Below, piece by piece: positions 1 through 14,200 of a stretch of DNA of 64,000 bases. Position numbers and translations under genes: made by a program. Each line of letters opens with the position of its first letter. Positions within the stretch are counted from its first letter, which is position 1. The notes under the pieces are model-generated. The model was given only the letters and a program-made list of their open reading frames with translations, was not told the origin of the DNA and ran no database searches. Origin of the DNA: Auanema rhodensis (taxonomy: Eukaryota; Animalia; Nematoda); contig OZ059898.1 in NCBI GenBank assembly GCA_964057225.1, forward strand, positions 6,076,001 to 6,140,000. Direction: 5' to 3'.

Positions 1-3000
1 ACACATACTATGGCTATTAAGGGAATATAGAAAGCGGTAGCAGTTGAAAATACCTGTAAATAGCATTATATTATATAATTTCAATTATACTTTCATTTTA
101 TTTTCTCTATTGTTTGTTAATAAACATTTTGTTTATGTTAGTTTGGGTACTGTAGCTTTACAATCGTGATAGTCTACAGTTATTTCTGTTAACTTCTGTA
201 GGATATGCATGATTTTTATATTTTAATAGCATAGTTAACAAGCTTATGGCATGCGGCTTGTATTTTTTTCTTTGAAAAAGTTCTGAACAATTATTATTCA
301 TTGCCTTAGGGAAAAATAAAATAAACTTCAGCATAGTTAAATGTCCAATGGTAAGAACTCAAGTGATTTACTATCTATAGAAGCATTTATCATTTTTTTG
401 AAAAAAAAATATTTAAATACTTTTTCAGTAAGCATTTTGTGATAAACGATTACATTCAATTTCAAAAAAATAAAGAAAAACCAACATTTCAAAAGCATCA
501 TGAATGGCTACTTAAACTGAAAAAATGTGTTCATATTTTCTTGCAAATGTGGTTCAAAAAATGTCTAGAACAACAATATTGAATAGGTTTCGAACTTCTG
601 TTTTGAGTTTGAATTCATGTCACTGCTTCCATACTATTTCAGGAGTTTGCTTTGCCTTTTTTTTGAGAATCCGGAAATAATGTCTAGCGAATGTGGTGAA
701 ATACAAATTTCCTTCCGGGAATTTTATCATGATTGAATTAACTGTGATGATGAAAGGAAAGAATACCACTTTTACTTGATAGATGTTAATGTAACTATGT
801 TATAGTTAGCAATTATATACATATATGTATGTATATATATATATATATTGAATAGATGATTATGAGTTTTTAGATGAATTGAGACGAACCTGATAACTGA
901 TTTGCTGGCTGATTAAACATTTATGTTCAATATTCACTCGATCATCAAAGCCATCGTCCTTAAATAAATCAATTAGAAAAGCATTTTTTCTTCTTCAAAG
1001 TTTAATATAATATTCAGTATTTATATTATTTTTTGAGCATTTCATACTTTCCATCCTGCAAATGGAGCTAAACTGATGAGTAATGATGTCATCCATATAC
1101 AAGCCAACATGAGCGTGACACGACGTGGAGTTCGATTTTGAACATATGAAATATCAGTGATAGACCAATATCTAAATAATTTATTATTATAATATTTTAT
1201 TTATTTTTACTAAAGATATATATAAAATCTATTTGCTAACCTATCAAGAGCAATGGCTACTAGATGAAGAATTGATGCTGTGCAAACGAGCACATCTACT
1301 GATATCCAGAAATCACAAAGTGCAACGCCCAATCGCCATGCTCCGGTAACAGTTGACCATGCTCCAAGCGGCGTTACGATAATTCCCACCTATAATCGTT
1401 CAGTTTTTTTTTTCAACAAAATTATATTTAAGTGACTAATGATTATTGAGAGCCTAAGGCAATTTTCTTATTTCTATGTAAACATTAAAATTAGAGGATT
1501 GTTAGTGGACCAAAAGTTCGTGAGTTTTCTTCTTCTTGTTTAAATTAAGAAGTTCTTTCTGACTAACAGCTTAAAGCCGTTGGGTCCCGTTCAAATGCCC
1601 TCAGGGGGTTCAAGCAAATACCATAGAATGACTCAAAACGATCTCACGACTTGTCGTCTTTTTAAAGTCAAATAAAATAGAAAAAGTGGGAAATATTTAA
1701 AGTTTATAGATTAGTTTTATTTGATTTTCTAAAAAAAAAATTAAAAAAAAAACAGAAATTCATATGCTCATGTATCCACTGTGGGTATTGCTGATTTCTT
1801 TTTAAATTCTCAATTGCATTTGATGATCATTCTTTTATATAAATATAATATATTTATATTTAAGTTTTCATTTGAAAATATGGCAATTTTTGTTTAAAAC
1901 TAGCTACTTTTCTCCATTTAATCAAACGAGGTGGACATTTGGAAAGGAGTAAAGGGACAGGAGGCTAGTCACATGCTCAGCTTTCATTTGAGATCATAGG
2001 TCCTTTTGCTAGAAGCAAAGCTGAATAAAATGAGATAAACTATGTTGATAGTAATAATTGAAATTGAAATATTATGAAAAAGCATAGCTTCTTAGAAATA
2101 GCTATAATATAATATTTTGGAAAGGTAAGTGTGACCTGAACGAGATTTTATATTTCAGCAACTTTTAAACTTTTTTTTTCTGATTTTATCCCTTTTTCCT
2201 TTTCAACATGAAGCCGAAGGAATTTGAATGTGAGAAATCAACATCTAATAGATGATTTCTCTTTCTTTTCTCCGTGCTCGTCTTCTTCCATCTGACTGCT
2301 CAACGTCGCCGATTCAATTGGAAGGGTCTAAGAGCGAATTTTTGGTGAAAAATTAAGTTAGAAGATGGCCAGACAACCAGATAAATTATCGAATTGCATT
2401 TCTTTCCTACTTCTTTATTTCATCTATTTTTCTTTGTCTATTGAAAAGATAGTTTGATCTAGCATACACTATCAGACATATTCAGTGAAAAGTCAAAAAG
2501 TGGAGTTGAAATCGATTGAATAGCAACATTTCAACATAATATTTTTAAATTCTCCAATTCATTCAATTTGTGAATGGATTCTTAATTGCATCCATGCTGA
2601 ATAAGGTATGTTGAGGCTGCGGTGAAGAGGATGAGGACACGCTGAGTGAGGGAAGCCATCATTCTTAACGTTGTGTCTCCGTCAGATTTCCGATGCCTAA
2701 CTAACCAGCGACAACGATGGTTGAAAGCTCGTGGAAAGCTTCCAGATACCCTTTATGTTTTACTTCGTTTCCAGCTAATATATATCACCGTTTTTGGCTT
2801 TACTTTTCCCTCGTAATATATAGATACATACATGTATGTATATACTACTAGATGAACAACGGGTAAGCCTGAGCTTACATAAAAGAAGGTGGAAAATGCG
2901 TATGTACACAACTCTTCTACTTCATTCTCCTCTAACCTTGAACAGCTAAAGTGGTTGATGAAGCTGTGTGAGAGAGCAAGAGGAAAGTTTGTATGTGTGT

Positions 3001-5287
3001 CTTTGTGTGAAGCTTAACGAAGCTAGCATGATAGCTTCAATCTTCCAAAAGACACCCATTTCAAAATTTTAAACAAGATGGGAGAGAAACAGATGCGGGA
3101 AACTCAGAATATGGGCAAGATCTTTTCATTAAACGTCATTGGTCAAAATGACATTTTCAAAAAGTTGTTTCTATTCAATGATGTTCACTTTGCACAAAAC
3201 TTGCCGGAAGTATATATGTATAATACTTCTCAGTTTTTGAATAGAGGAAACAAAAAGTGAGCTCATGCAATCGGATTTCATGAATTTTTTATCACAAACA
3301 TGTCTAATTTCTAATTTGGATACAATATTAGATATAGTTGGAACGGATCTTTTTAGAGTATCTTCCGATGAGGAATAGTGCGATGAGGATTCGATGATTT
3401 TATAATAAATTCCTGGAAGAATTTCTCGAAAAATTCCTGAGAAATATAGAAAGTAAACATAATTTTTGTTCAAATTTTAATGATCAAGATATTAATAGAT
3501 TTGAATTAGAAATTCCTTTATTTCACCATATAACATATCTTATAATCTCATAAGAGTATTTTTTCTCTCTACTTGACTGTCCGAAAAGTGAATGTTTCCT
3601 GTTTTTCTTCGGCTAATTGCTATACTATATAAATTACTGATTCGATATAGTAAATTTGCCTCATTCTGACGTAACAGATTTTCAGATAATCCTACTTCTC
3701 CCTTGGGTTTACTTTTTCACCTATTTTCAGTTGATTATTCGAAAAATTATCTTATAGAAGCATTTCAATGACAAGCTTTTCTAACAGAATACTTCAATGT
3801 TCCGTACTTCTTTTTCAGAAAAAAAAGCTGGGAAATCAATTAAAACCAAAAAAAAAGTTGCAACCAATATATCTCTGTTTTGAGATGAAAAAAAAGAAAA
3901 AATATATTTTAGTAATGGATCTAAGATCAAAACCACGTCATCATCCTGAAGAACTTTTGAGATGTCCAGATTTCCTTAGTTGATGAAGCCGAGAAACAAA
4001 ATTATTTCTCGCAAAGTGTTGAAAGCGTTGAGGAAATAGAGCATCGTCGCCTATCTACCTTATAAGCAGATTGATGTTCGATTCAAAGAAAATTTCAGTC
4101 AGAAAAAAAAAGAAAAAAAAGAATTATTTCTTCCTTTTTTTCAAATTTGAATAAAAAAAGCCAGGGAACAGTATTATTAGAAAAATTTTAATAATAAATA
4201 ACTTTGTATATTCTATATTTTAAAATGCAAGAAGCTCTGAATATCATCCAAAAGCAGAGAAAAGAAATAAAAAGCATTTCCGAATTTACACATAACGTTT
4301 GATGTGGCTAGGCTTGTTGCAATAAGGTTCGCAGAGTAGGGTTATAAAGCTGGAAAAAAGAATGATGACAACTCATCAAACTTTCTCCCAAAAACTTTTT
4401 TCATTTTTACCTTCTCGCTGTCGATTTCTTTTTCATTCTGTTTCCTGATCCTTTCAATATCCCTGGAGTGTCGAATGAAATTTTTTGAAGAATTGGAAGA
4501 AATTGAAACATTCGTGTATATGTATATGTATATTATATATATAATATACAAGAATAAGTTATATAATTTACTAAATATACTCATAACTGTCATCATTAGA
4601 ATCATCATGACTAAATCAATATAATAATTTGAAAGAATATAAGAAATAATAACTGTTTCTCAGCAACCCTGAAGTTAAATGACTTATGCTCATCATTTTA
4701 GATAATGCTCTTCAAGCTCTTCAGTCTCATTTTGCTGATTTTCAGTGACAACATTCAATGAAAATGTCATTTTTGAAATATAAAATAATAGAGAGAATAG
4801 CAATATATTCCTCTTTTTTTTCTATATTATACAATAGTATAAAATCATCACATTGTGTAAATAGAGACGGTTCATGAGATTCATATGTCATGCTTTCAAT
4901 TCATGACGTCATGTGTGTCATCGTCTGAATCTTTGTAATTCTCCGTCTGATGTTGACTATCTCCTGAATATGTTATAACTAATCGAATTATGAGACAGTT
5001 GAGCTTAGGCTTCTGAGAGCCAATAGCATTCAATTTTTCCTATCGTGTTTAACAATAGAAAAGATCCCGCTGAGTCGTCTACTTCTTCCTTGTCGGTATG
5101 CATTGGACAATTTCACGACAGCCCATTAAATTCATCCTACACACGAAAAATATATATCATTGAGATTGAAGCAATAGTTAATGAAACTAAATAATAACTA
5201 TATAAATACTATATCTGATTGTAAGAAGAGATATATATGTATATAGATTATGATATAAAGAGGAATTAGGAGAGAGAGAGAGAGAGT

Positions 5288-5327
<40 letters not shown>

Positions 5328-6974
5328 GATTGAAAATGTAATAGATTTGAAGCAATTATAAAGCGAAAATATTATACAATTATGATTAGTTTACATGAGG
5401 AAAAATGATTTTTTCCTTTTACTTATTCATACTTTACTTTTTATTTTTGTCGTCTTTGAAAAAACCTTTTCACTTTATAAAATAAAGGAAAAACAACAGT
5501 ATAGTATAACTAAAAAGCAAACGTATTGTTCCGAGCTCCATTCATGGTAACACCAAATGGGCAACGAAAATATATGGTAAATAATAACAAATTTACTTTA
5601 AATAAATAAATTTTTTGATATGTTTGGTTATTTCTAACTATACTTGATCAATGTTTCTTTATTTCTTTGCAAACTCACAATAACGTTTAACCAAAATTTC
5701 ATTGTTCATTATGTTCACTTAGAAAACATTGAATTCAAGTATACTATTGCTCAATCTCAATGACAATCTTTCTGTACTTCTAGCAATTTATCTTATTTTA
5801 ACACTTCTGATTCTGCTTCTTCATAAGATTGTGACCATGCTGTCCTTCTAGCTTCCGGGGCACGAAATTCTAGGAATTGCTTCTGAGCTTTTGAAATCCA
5901 GGACATAATGGAAATCCTAGGCTAATCCTAACTCTTTCTACATGAAGTCGAAAAAATGGATTTCCAAATTTCAAAACATGTAAATAAAGGCTAAGGTAAA
6001 GGCTTGAGACGGTTACAAAAACATAATGCAATTCGATAGGGATTTCAGTGCTAATCATGCTCTCGGCTTCTTTCAAAATCCTTCTATTTTAGCCTAACAA
6101 ACTGTAGTTTTTGACCTATTTGTCTTAGTTATGAAAAAGAAACCAACTATTCTTATGCTTACTTGCAGAATTTCGAAATTTAGAGAAATAAGAACAAAAA
6201 GAAATGAATATTTGCTTCTGCAGCAGCATTAGCAAAAAAAAACATATAAATCGGAAAGATTGAAAATGAACTATCAAAGCTTCAATGATGTCTACTTCGT
6301 CGTGGACGACGATTGAGAATCCAAAGAATAATATAAATAAATTATAGAAGCAGGAAAAACGGCAGTCGATGCGATTTTAACACGCTTAACGGATGTTTCA
6401 TAAGAAAAAATCGTATGAGAAGACGTGGCCAATGAAGAGGATATAGCAACTACAACCTTTTTTCTTTTTTTTTCAAATTTCAGAATATTAATCTCATATT
6501 GATTGAATATTTTCAAATTCATGAGAGTATAACTTTCAGTGTTTAGTACATAGCAATTTGCATGAAAGTAAAACTCACGATTAAATCCGCCACAGCTAAC
6601 GAGAAGATCAAATAGTATTGTGGACGATTCCGTAAGTCTCGTTCACAACAGATTGCCAACAACACGAAGACATTACCAATGACACATGATAGAATTAGAA
6701 GTGATAATACAGCAGCAAGTACAACTGTTTCCAATAAGGGCCTTGGTATTTCATTCAGCTGGTCAGTTATTGAAGATACATCATTCAACAAGCTGGATGA
6801 TGCTAGCAATTGATCGATGTGCAAAGGTGATGAGGTGACAATTGGACTAAACTCATCCGATATGGATGCAAGTAGTACATCATCACCATCCAATGACCAT
6901 ACAGTTGTTACTAGAAGACTGAGAATCGGAAGGCACGGCGATAAGTGTGAAAACGGCGAACCTTCCAACAACAT
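1..6974 (-). CDS. ser-4: 5-HT1-like serotonin GPCR, 5' part; continues beyond the left edge of the window
   Basis: Exons 6974-6579, 1389-1241, 1171-1048, 958-890 and 53-1 join in frame through GT-AG introns. They give GNVFV..ERDLRNRPQYYLIFSLAVADLI / [46 protein letters not shown] / D..CLISQQISYQ / VFSTATAFYIPL, matching my recall of C. elegans SER-4 TM1-TM5. Confidence 0.93.
5271..5328. repeat. (GA)n microsatellite in ser-4 intron 1
   Basis: Near-perfect GA dinucleotide run. Confidence 0.9.
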
Positions 6975-7223
6975 AGCTAATACTGTTTGTTGAGCATCTA
7001 GAAGAAATATAATTTAGAAGAGTATAGTATAAGTTTAACATAGTATATAATATAAAGATAAAGAGGACACACAAAACAAAAAACAATGCAAAATAAAACA
7101 AAAATAGTCGAATAAGAAGACAAAATGACAGCAAATGGTCGAACAAGATAGAACAAGATAGAAAATGATGGGGAGGAGGAGTTCAAATGCAGAAAAGGGG
7201 TTCCTACAACATCTCAATCGTAG

Positions 7224-7280
7224 CTCCGCCTTATTCACTTCGTACCCCTAGGCGTCTCTAGCGAAATAAAACTCCGCCCC
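7224..7280. promoter_or_regulatory. Two Sp1-like CTCCGCCY boxes about 250-300 bp upstream of the ser-4 ATG
   Basis: CTCCGCCT at 7224 and CTCCGCCCC at 7272 lie in a small GC-richer patch. This motif is a known nematode promoter element. Confidence 0.45.
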
Positions 7281-8244
7281 TTTCCGCATTTGCACTTCGA
7301 CATTTAGAAACATAATGCTAAAAGAGGAAATATGGATAAAACTTCGTGTGGTTGATAATACCAAAATAGAATCAAGATATCTAAATAAAGATTGAAGACA
7401 GGAAATGTGGCCAATCCTAAATAACTGATTACGTAGATACGTTTTTTGATTTTTGGCTCAATTCCTCGCATTTTTCTTTTACTATATGTATGTATTTTGA
7501 TTGAATTATGATGCATTCATATTAATTTGCTGATCAGAATGCATCTAACTATATGAATATATAGAAATAGTAAAAAATTTTCTTCTTTTGGTTTAAAATT
7601 TTGAGAAAAAATAAGAAATAATAGATATAATACAGTATGTATATGCATATATAGCCATTCGATGTGTATGAAAAATGAAAACAATATTTTTTTGAAAATA
7701 CGATAAGTATTTCAAACTAAAATTTCCATATTATATGATGATTACTTAATTATAAAATGTTTTTTTTACTAATAGCTACAACTTATTGGCTTTATTTCAT
7801 TTTTTAAAGGTTTTTTTTTGCAAAAAAATATAAATATTATAATTTGATCAGTAAACAAAAATAAATAAAAAACAATTTTTTTATAAAAATAAAACATTGT
7901 TCTATTTTAAAACAAAATTGCTGTTCAAAAGACTGAAAAAGTCAAAGCTTTAAAGCAGAAAATCATACATAACTATCAGGAAGATGTGACTCTCAATGTG
8001 AAGTATCGCTAAAAGATTTGATTCAAATTTAGAAAAGAAGGTAGGTTTAAGTTATAAGATGGAAATGGGGAAGCAATGTCAATTTAGTTATATAACAATT
8101 CGATTAATCGTCCATTTTCAAGTGGAAGTTATGATAAAGGGATCTCTTGCTCACTTATCCTATATCCTTCAATTCTTTTTTTCTCTTTTTCTCTTTTAAC
8201 ATCAGCTTCTTTCACTATTTCTTGCCTTTTTTTAACTTTAGCTG

Positions 8245-8245
<1 letters not shown>

Positions 8246-8280
<35 letters not shown>

Positions 8281-8293
8281 ATGTCTCTCTCTC
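8246..8293. repeat. (TC)n microsatellite
   Basis: Interrupted TC dinucleotide run. Confidence 0.85.
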
Positions 8294-11200
8294 ATTCACT
8301 CTGCCAATCAGTTCTACCATAAATTCAATTTTTCTATAAAATTATCACTAAAGATCAGTGATATCTTGATGAAGAAATTCAATTTATGCTTCAGAAGTAT
8401 ATATTTGCAACTTGAAAAATGAATTTTCCATATTAAGAAGAAAACAATTCTAAAAAGAACATGTGAGTATAGGTGATATGGGCGTGCAAAGTGAGATACA
8501 TGTATATCTCGTATGGAATGGCAATTCCAACTAATTTTCTTCGAATCACATGGTTAGTATGGTCAGCTGTCATTGTGCTTTTAATTATATTGAAATAGAC
8601 TTAAATGATCAGTCTCAGAATAAGATCAGAAAATTTAAATTCATTTATTCTCAGAAATACGGATGAAAAAAAACTTTTTTTTATCAGAATACATCTTTTT
8701 CCTCTTTTTTCTGTTATAAATCTGTTGAAGAGTCAAAAAGGACATAGTAAGCGCGACGACGTCTAGATAAACCCGATTGAGATGTTGAAAAGTACATGAT
8801 TTCTGAGTAAGAAAGAAGAAAAAAGAAAGTTAAAATTAAAAAGTGACAGAACATAATAGAACAATTGCGTAAAAGAGCATTTGTCGTCTAAAATTTTGAA
8901 CAAAAAAAATGGATTTACAAGTACTTATCAGACATACATTTTTATGTTTTTAATATTATGCATATAAGACAAAATTATATATTTTAATATTTAAAGATAG
9001 CAATTTTCGTTCATAAACTAAACTTTTTCAAATCTAAATAATGTGATTATTGAATCTTTATTTAAACTTGAAAAAAATTGTTAAAGTTTTGAACAGTAAA
9101 TAGTTTAATTATAAAAATGATGCATAGTTTATAATTTAAAAGATAATGATGTAGACAAACAATTGGAAGCTGAAAATAGCTGATAACTAGGTAATTATTA
9201 ATGATAACTGAACAGTTAAAAAACTGAATAATACTAATATGCTATTAGTAATTTTTCATATATAAATAATATATAAAATATTTCAGAATTTTCTCTAAAT
9301 TTACTATGAATATATAATAATATACTACCAAGTAAAAGAGGTTGTTTAATGAGAAGACCGAGATTGAGATTCAGAAAAGGTTCGAAGATGTAGGACGACA
9401 GAGGGATGAAAAAGAAGAAAGAGACTTAAAAGAAAAGCAGAAAGAGAGAAAAAAGAAAACATAGAGGGAGAGAGAGAGAGAGATACTGATTTTGAGAAAA
9501 TTAAAAAGGATGTACTCAGAAATATAAAAAAAATTAGAAGGAAGTAGGAATGTGATGCTATGCAGTTGGTGAATCAGATTTTGAACAAGTTATGTGAGAG
9601 AAAATTATGTATCATTCAAACATTTTCCTATTTTATAATCTAATGTTATAGAATAGTTATATGATCGAATATCCAGATAAACTGAATCTGAAAGCATAGC
9701 ACCAAAATTCACTTCATTATTGCTCATTCTTTTAATTTTGAAATCAAATTTTGAAAATAATTTTCTTCAAATTATCTTAAACATAAGCGTGATGTTTGTT
9801 GTCCAACTTTCTGTTATTTTGGCTCATCAAACAGAAGAGAGATATTCTCAAAATCTTTGAACCTGTGTCTTCCTAATCAAAAACAAAAAAAAAAAAAAGA
9901 TTTTTTTTCTAGATAAAAACATTTTTATAGATAAAAGAGCATTATCTTTGCACATTTGCTCTAAAAAAAGCCAATTCATATAATTTTTTCTTTAAATTAA
10001 ATTAATTCAATTAAATTGTCAATAAACGGTGAGTTGATAGACGTTTTGTAAGGTTATAAGTTTGTATACTTTAAGTTTCAATTTATAAGTCATTGGTCAT
10101 AGATTAATTTTTTTTACATAAAATTGGGTTAAACTTTGAAAACGGAACTACATGATCTGCTCACACGACCGCTGCATGATCGCCGAACAATAATCTTCAA
10201 GTTTTCTTTATTGATGTTCAAAAAAAGCTCTCGAAGTATTGAAAAAGAGAGGATAAAAACAAATAAAAATTAACAAGAAATCTTAATTATATGTATGTAT
10301 ATAATCCACATTTATTTCTTCATATACAGCCTCAAAAGACCGAAAACTAGAGTTTGAACATACACATAAAGCTTGAATGAGAAGAGATAATCGAATTTTG
10401 AAGACGAGAAGAGAACCTGAGAGTGGTTTGTGGGGCATGTAGGCATGGATAAGGACTTCAAATGATTCCGTAACAGCCATCGACTGCGCCTTATTTGTGT
10501 TTTTTTTTTCGAAATTTAGGTGATTTATTTGGTAAATTTTTGAAAATTTTGCTTTTTGTCTATATTGAGTTGAGTTAATTGAATTTCTACAGCATCAATT
10601 CAGAATAATGAAGCTGTTATCTTGCAATTTGAAAAGCATGTAATCAGTGAGTAAATTAATAACAAAAACTATAAAATTGGAAATAAGTTTAACTAAATTT
10701 CAAAAAAAAATAAAAATAAAAGAGAAGTCAACTAGTATATGTTGTTTATATTGCGGATGTGAGATAAATGATCAAGTTGGTCGGTAATATATCATTCACT
10801 CAAACTTCTTCTGAGTGTTTATATTGTGATAAAACCTTTTGTTTTTACATTTCAAATAGTTATTTTAACAAAAGAAAACTTTAAGAGTGTGAGAAAAGAG
10901 AGAGAGAGAGAAGAAAAAGAGAAAAACTTAAGTACTTTCGAACTTCAAATACATGGATGTACATACATACATACACATATATCTATATAAAATATCTTTT
11001 AAATGCTTTTGCAAATGTATTTTGTAAATTATTTTTTTTAGATTTATAAATTAATTCTATTATGTAAAATATTTTCGATAAAAAAAATAGAAACAACATC
11101 AAGATACGAAAAAAACATGGTCATATTATTACAAATAGTTTAATTATTAATTAAAATTAGTCATTTAATTATAAAAATAATTATATAATTACAAAAACAT

Positions 11201-14200
11201 TTAATACATTTTTTTCAAATGTTTTCAGATTGAGCAAAATACAGACATAAGTTGAATTATTTTTGAGGCTTGTTCATCAACTTGATAAATATGCAAGAAA
11301 TATGAGCAAAACTTTCATATTATCTTAGTAAAGAGCTATAAATGGAGACAAGGAAGTTCAAATGGGAAAAATATAAATAATCACTCAAGTATTTTTATGA
11401 AATCATGAGAAAGATCTAGCAATAGAGTGTGGCAAGCCCATGAACGTGTTGGACCAAGAATTGAGTTCGCGAAAATTGCCTGAGGGCAAGCCTTCCTCTT
11501 TCGGTTAACAGCCCGGATTTCAGCTTTAGAGTGCCTGGCCAGCTGCCCCTCATTCCGGCATTTGCTCTTCTTGTCCCACCCTCCCTACTTCTCTTTCTTT
11601 CTAATCTCTCTCTCTTTTTCTTTTTATTCAGACTCTTCCTATCCTTCTCTCATTTTCTCTCATCTTTCTCTTTCACATCTTCACTTATCCTCTTGTAGAA
11701 GCGAAGAATTATTCCACTTCTTACCCTTTTCCAGCATTTTTACTCTGTATATTCTATCTATTAGATAAAAAAAATGGTTTTCGTTTAGGCGTTAATAGAT
11801 ATCCGGAAGCACTGTAGGAAAGAAAGGCAATTTTCTTCTTAAGAAAATGAAAAATCTTCTGCAAAAATGAGGCAATGACGTGGATGAATAAAGATTGACG
11901 TCAGAAGATGATTGTATCTTGAGAATCTTCATTAAATAGTCAATGTTTTAGGATTATGAAGCATGATAAAAATCTTAGTATCTTCATATCAAGTAGTTAT
12001 TTATACATATATACACATAGTTATATAAATATATTTCTAATCTATCAGTGTCAGTATGCTGATAAATCTTCTGTCAAATATCGATATAATTTCAATTTTT
12101 GTAGAAATATTTATGTTTTTTATTATATTTAAATGTATGCGACATGAAAGGTATGACACTTCCTTACTAGCTGGTGGGAGGATTTTCGAATCACTTGGTT
12201 GAGATAGGTTTGGTAGAAAACGTTGGAATGAGTCTTTTCTAATATGCAATTAGAGAAGCTAGATGATTTCATTTTATAATTGCAAAATATAATTCTTCTT
12301 TTGAGTTATTAACAAAAGAAGTTGCCATGCAAGAAACTTGGCAAATTTGACATAGAAGCTGATGATGTTAAACTTGATTTGAGGACATGTGTCAATCTGA
12401 AATTTGTTATTTTTTGAACAGAGATATCTTCAATATCTTGGAAAGTAGGGAAAAAGTTAATCATTAAAAAAAAAAAAATTTTCTCTTAATTATATACTAT
12501 CAAGATTATACTATTTATAACAATATAGTAAAATGATATATTTAAATGAATAAATTTATCTTTGGCCCTGTCATCTTCAATATAAAATGGAAAAGTTTGA
12601 AAATTCATTTTGAGTCATATTTGACCAAAACAGCAATGAGTTTTCATCGGAAAATTCGTTTAATTCTGAGAACTAGCTGAAAAATATTTGAATCTGGTCT
12701 AAAAAGCTCTCTGATTTGATGATGATCAAAATTCTGTTACATGATTAACATGAAAAATTCATCAACTTTGTTTTTACTAGAATTAAGCTTCTTTGATAAA
12801 AAAAAACTATTTTTATATATTATATTTGAACTAACTTATTCACTAAAATGTAAAAAAGAATAATTTTGATTATATCATTTCGTTTCGTTTTAATGAAATT
12901 TTAAGTTTAAACATGGCTAATTAGAATATTTTTATCAATGTATGGTTAAATTGGGTCTGAAAAAGGCGCCAAGAAGCCATCTGCTCTTCATTCTGGGAAC
13001 TTTTAGATATGAAGTCTGAAGTAGACGAGAATGGAAAAGCTGATTAGGTCGCTGTCAATTTCTCTCTCTTTTCTCGTTCTATCTCTCTTTATGCCGTCTT
13101 ATTTCTCTCCCATATTTCACCATTTCATCTATTTTACTCTCATTTCCCTGTCACCCTCTTACGCCTCTTTGTGTCACCACACTTGCAGCTGCTGCAAAGT
13201 CTTCGTCTCGAGACCAATTGATCTTAAAAGGAAGAAGGAGGCGGAATTGAAGCTTAATATCCAAAAAACTTCTCCCAAATGTCATGAACGACAGATTTAT
13301 TACAGAGATTCAATTCATCGTTTCTTAATGAGATTTTATGGAAAGCAGTTGTAATGTGACTATTTGATTATATTGAATCTCGTTTACCTATTAGGAATCA
13401 CCATGAGACAATTTACAAATTATATTATTATAATCATTACTAACATTTCTTTTTTTTTTCGGAGCAAGTTCGATTCACCAAAGGTTATAAAGCATATGCA
13501 ATCGTTTGCTGCTATTTTAGTTTCGTAGCACCATGAATTAGGGTGATGTTCGTGAATAAAAAAACTTCTAATGCATTCCGTGTTCTCTTGTATAATTTTA
13601 AAAAATAGGAAAGAAAAAGAGAAAAACCAAAGTCCGGTCAAACTTGAAGCTATAAAAATGGATAATTAGTCAAATGCATCTCTTTTGGCTACTCTGATAA
13701 TTACCATAAAAAAAGAAGGACGTTGCAATGCGTAAGTATGTTCTATAACTAAAACTTAATGTCTATGAAAAAGTATAAAGTATGAATATATATATATAGT
13801 AGTTATTGTATAGTTAAAAAAAAAACAAAAAAAAACATACAAAACTTTTAACGAACTCAGATAATTTCTATCCAAAAAGCTTCTTGAGAGTCAATTCGTA
13901 TAGATACATGTTCGTATGTATATCAATTTAGATTAATGGAAAACAATAGTTGTTCTTTACGAAAATAGTAAAACAAATAAAAAAAAGATAAAAAAAGATT
14001 TTTAGTAATCGTTAAGCAGATTCTTTAACAACTTGACTGAAATCCAAGTACTTATAACAATAATTATGATATTCTATATAACAGTTATTTAAATAATGTT
14101 TTTGGGAGTGAAATGTACTAAGTTTGCTGTTTTTCGAGAATTTCTATGTTGAAACAGATCAAGTCTAGATGCATCTAGGCTTGTCAGGTTCAGACTTTCA

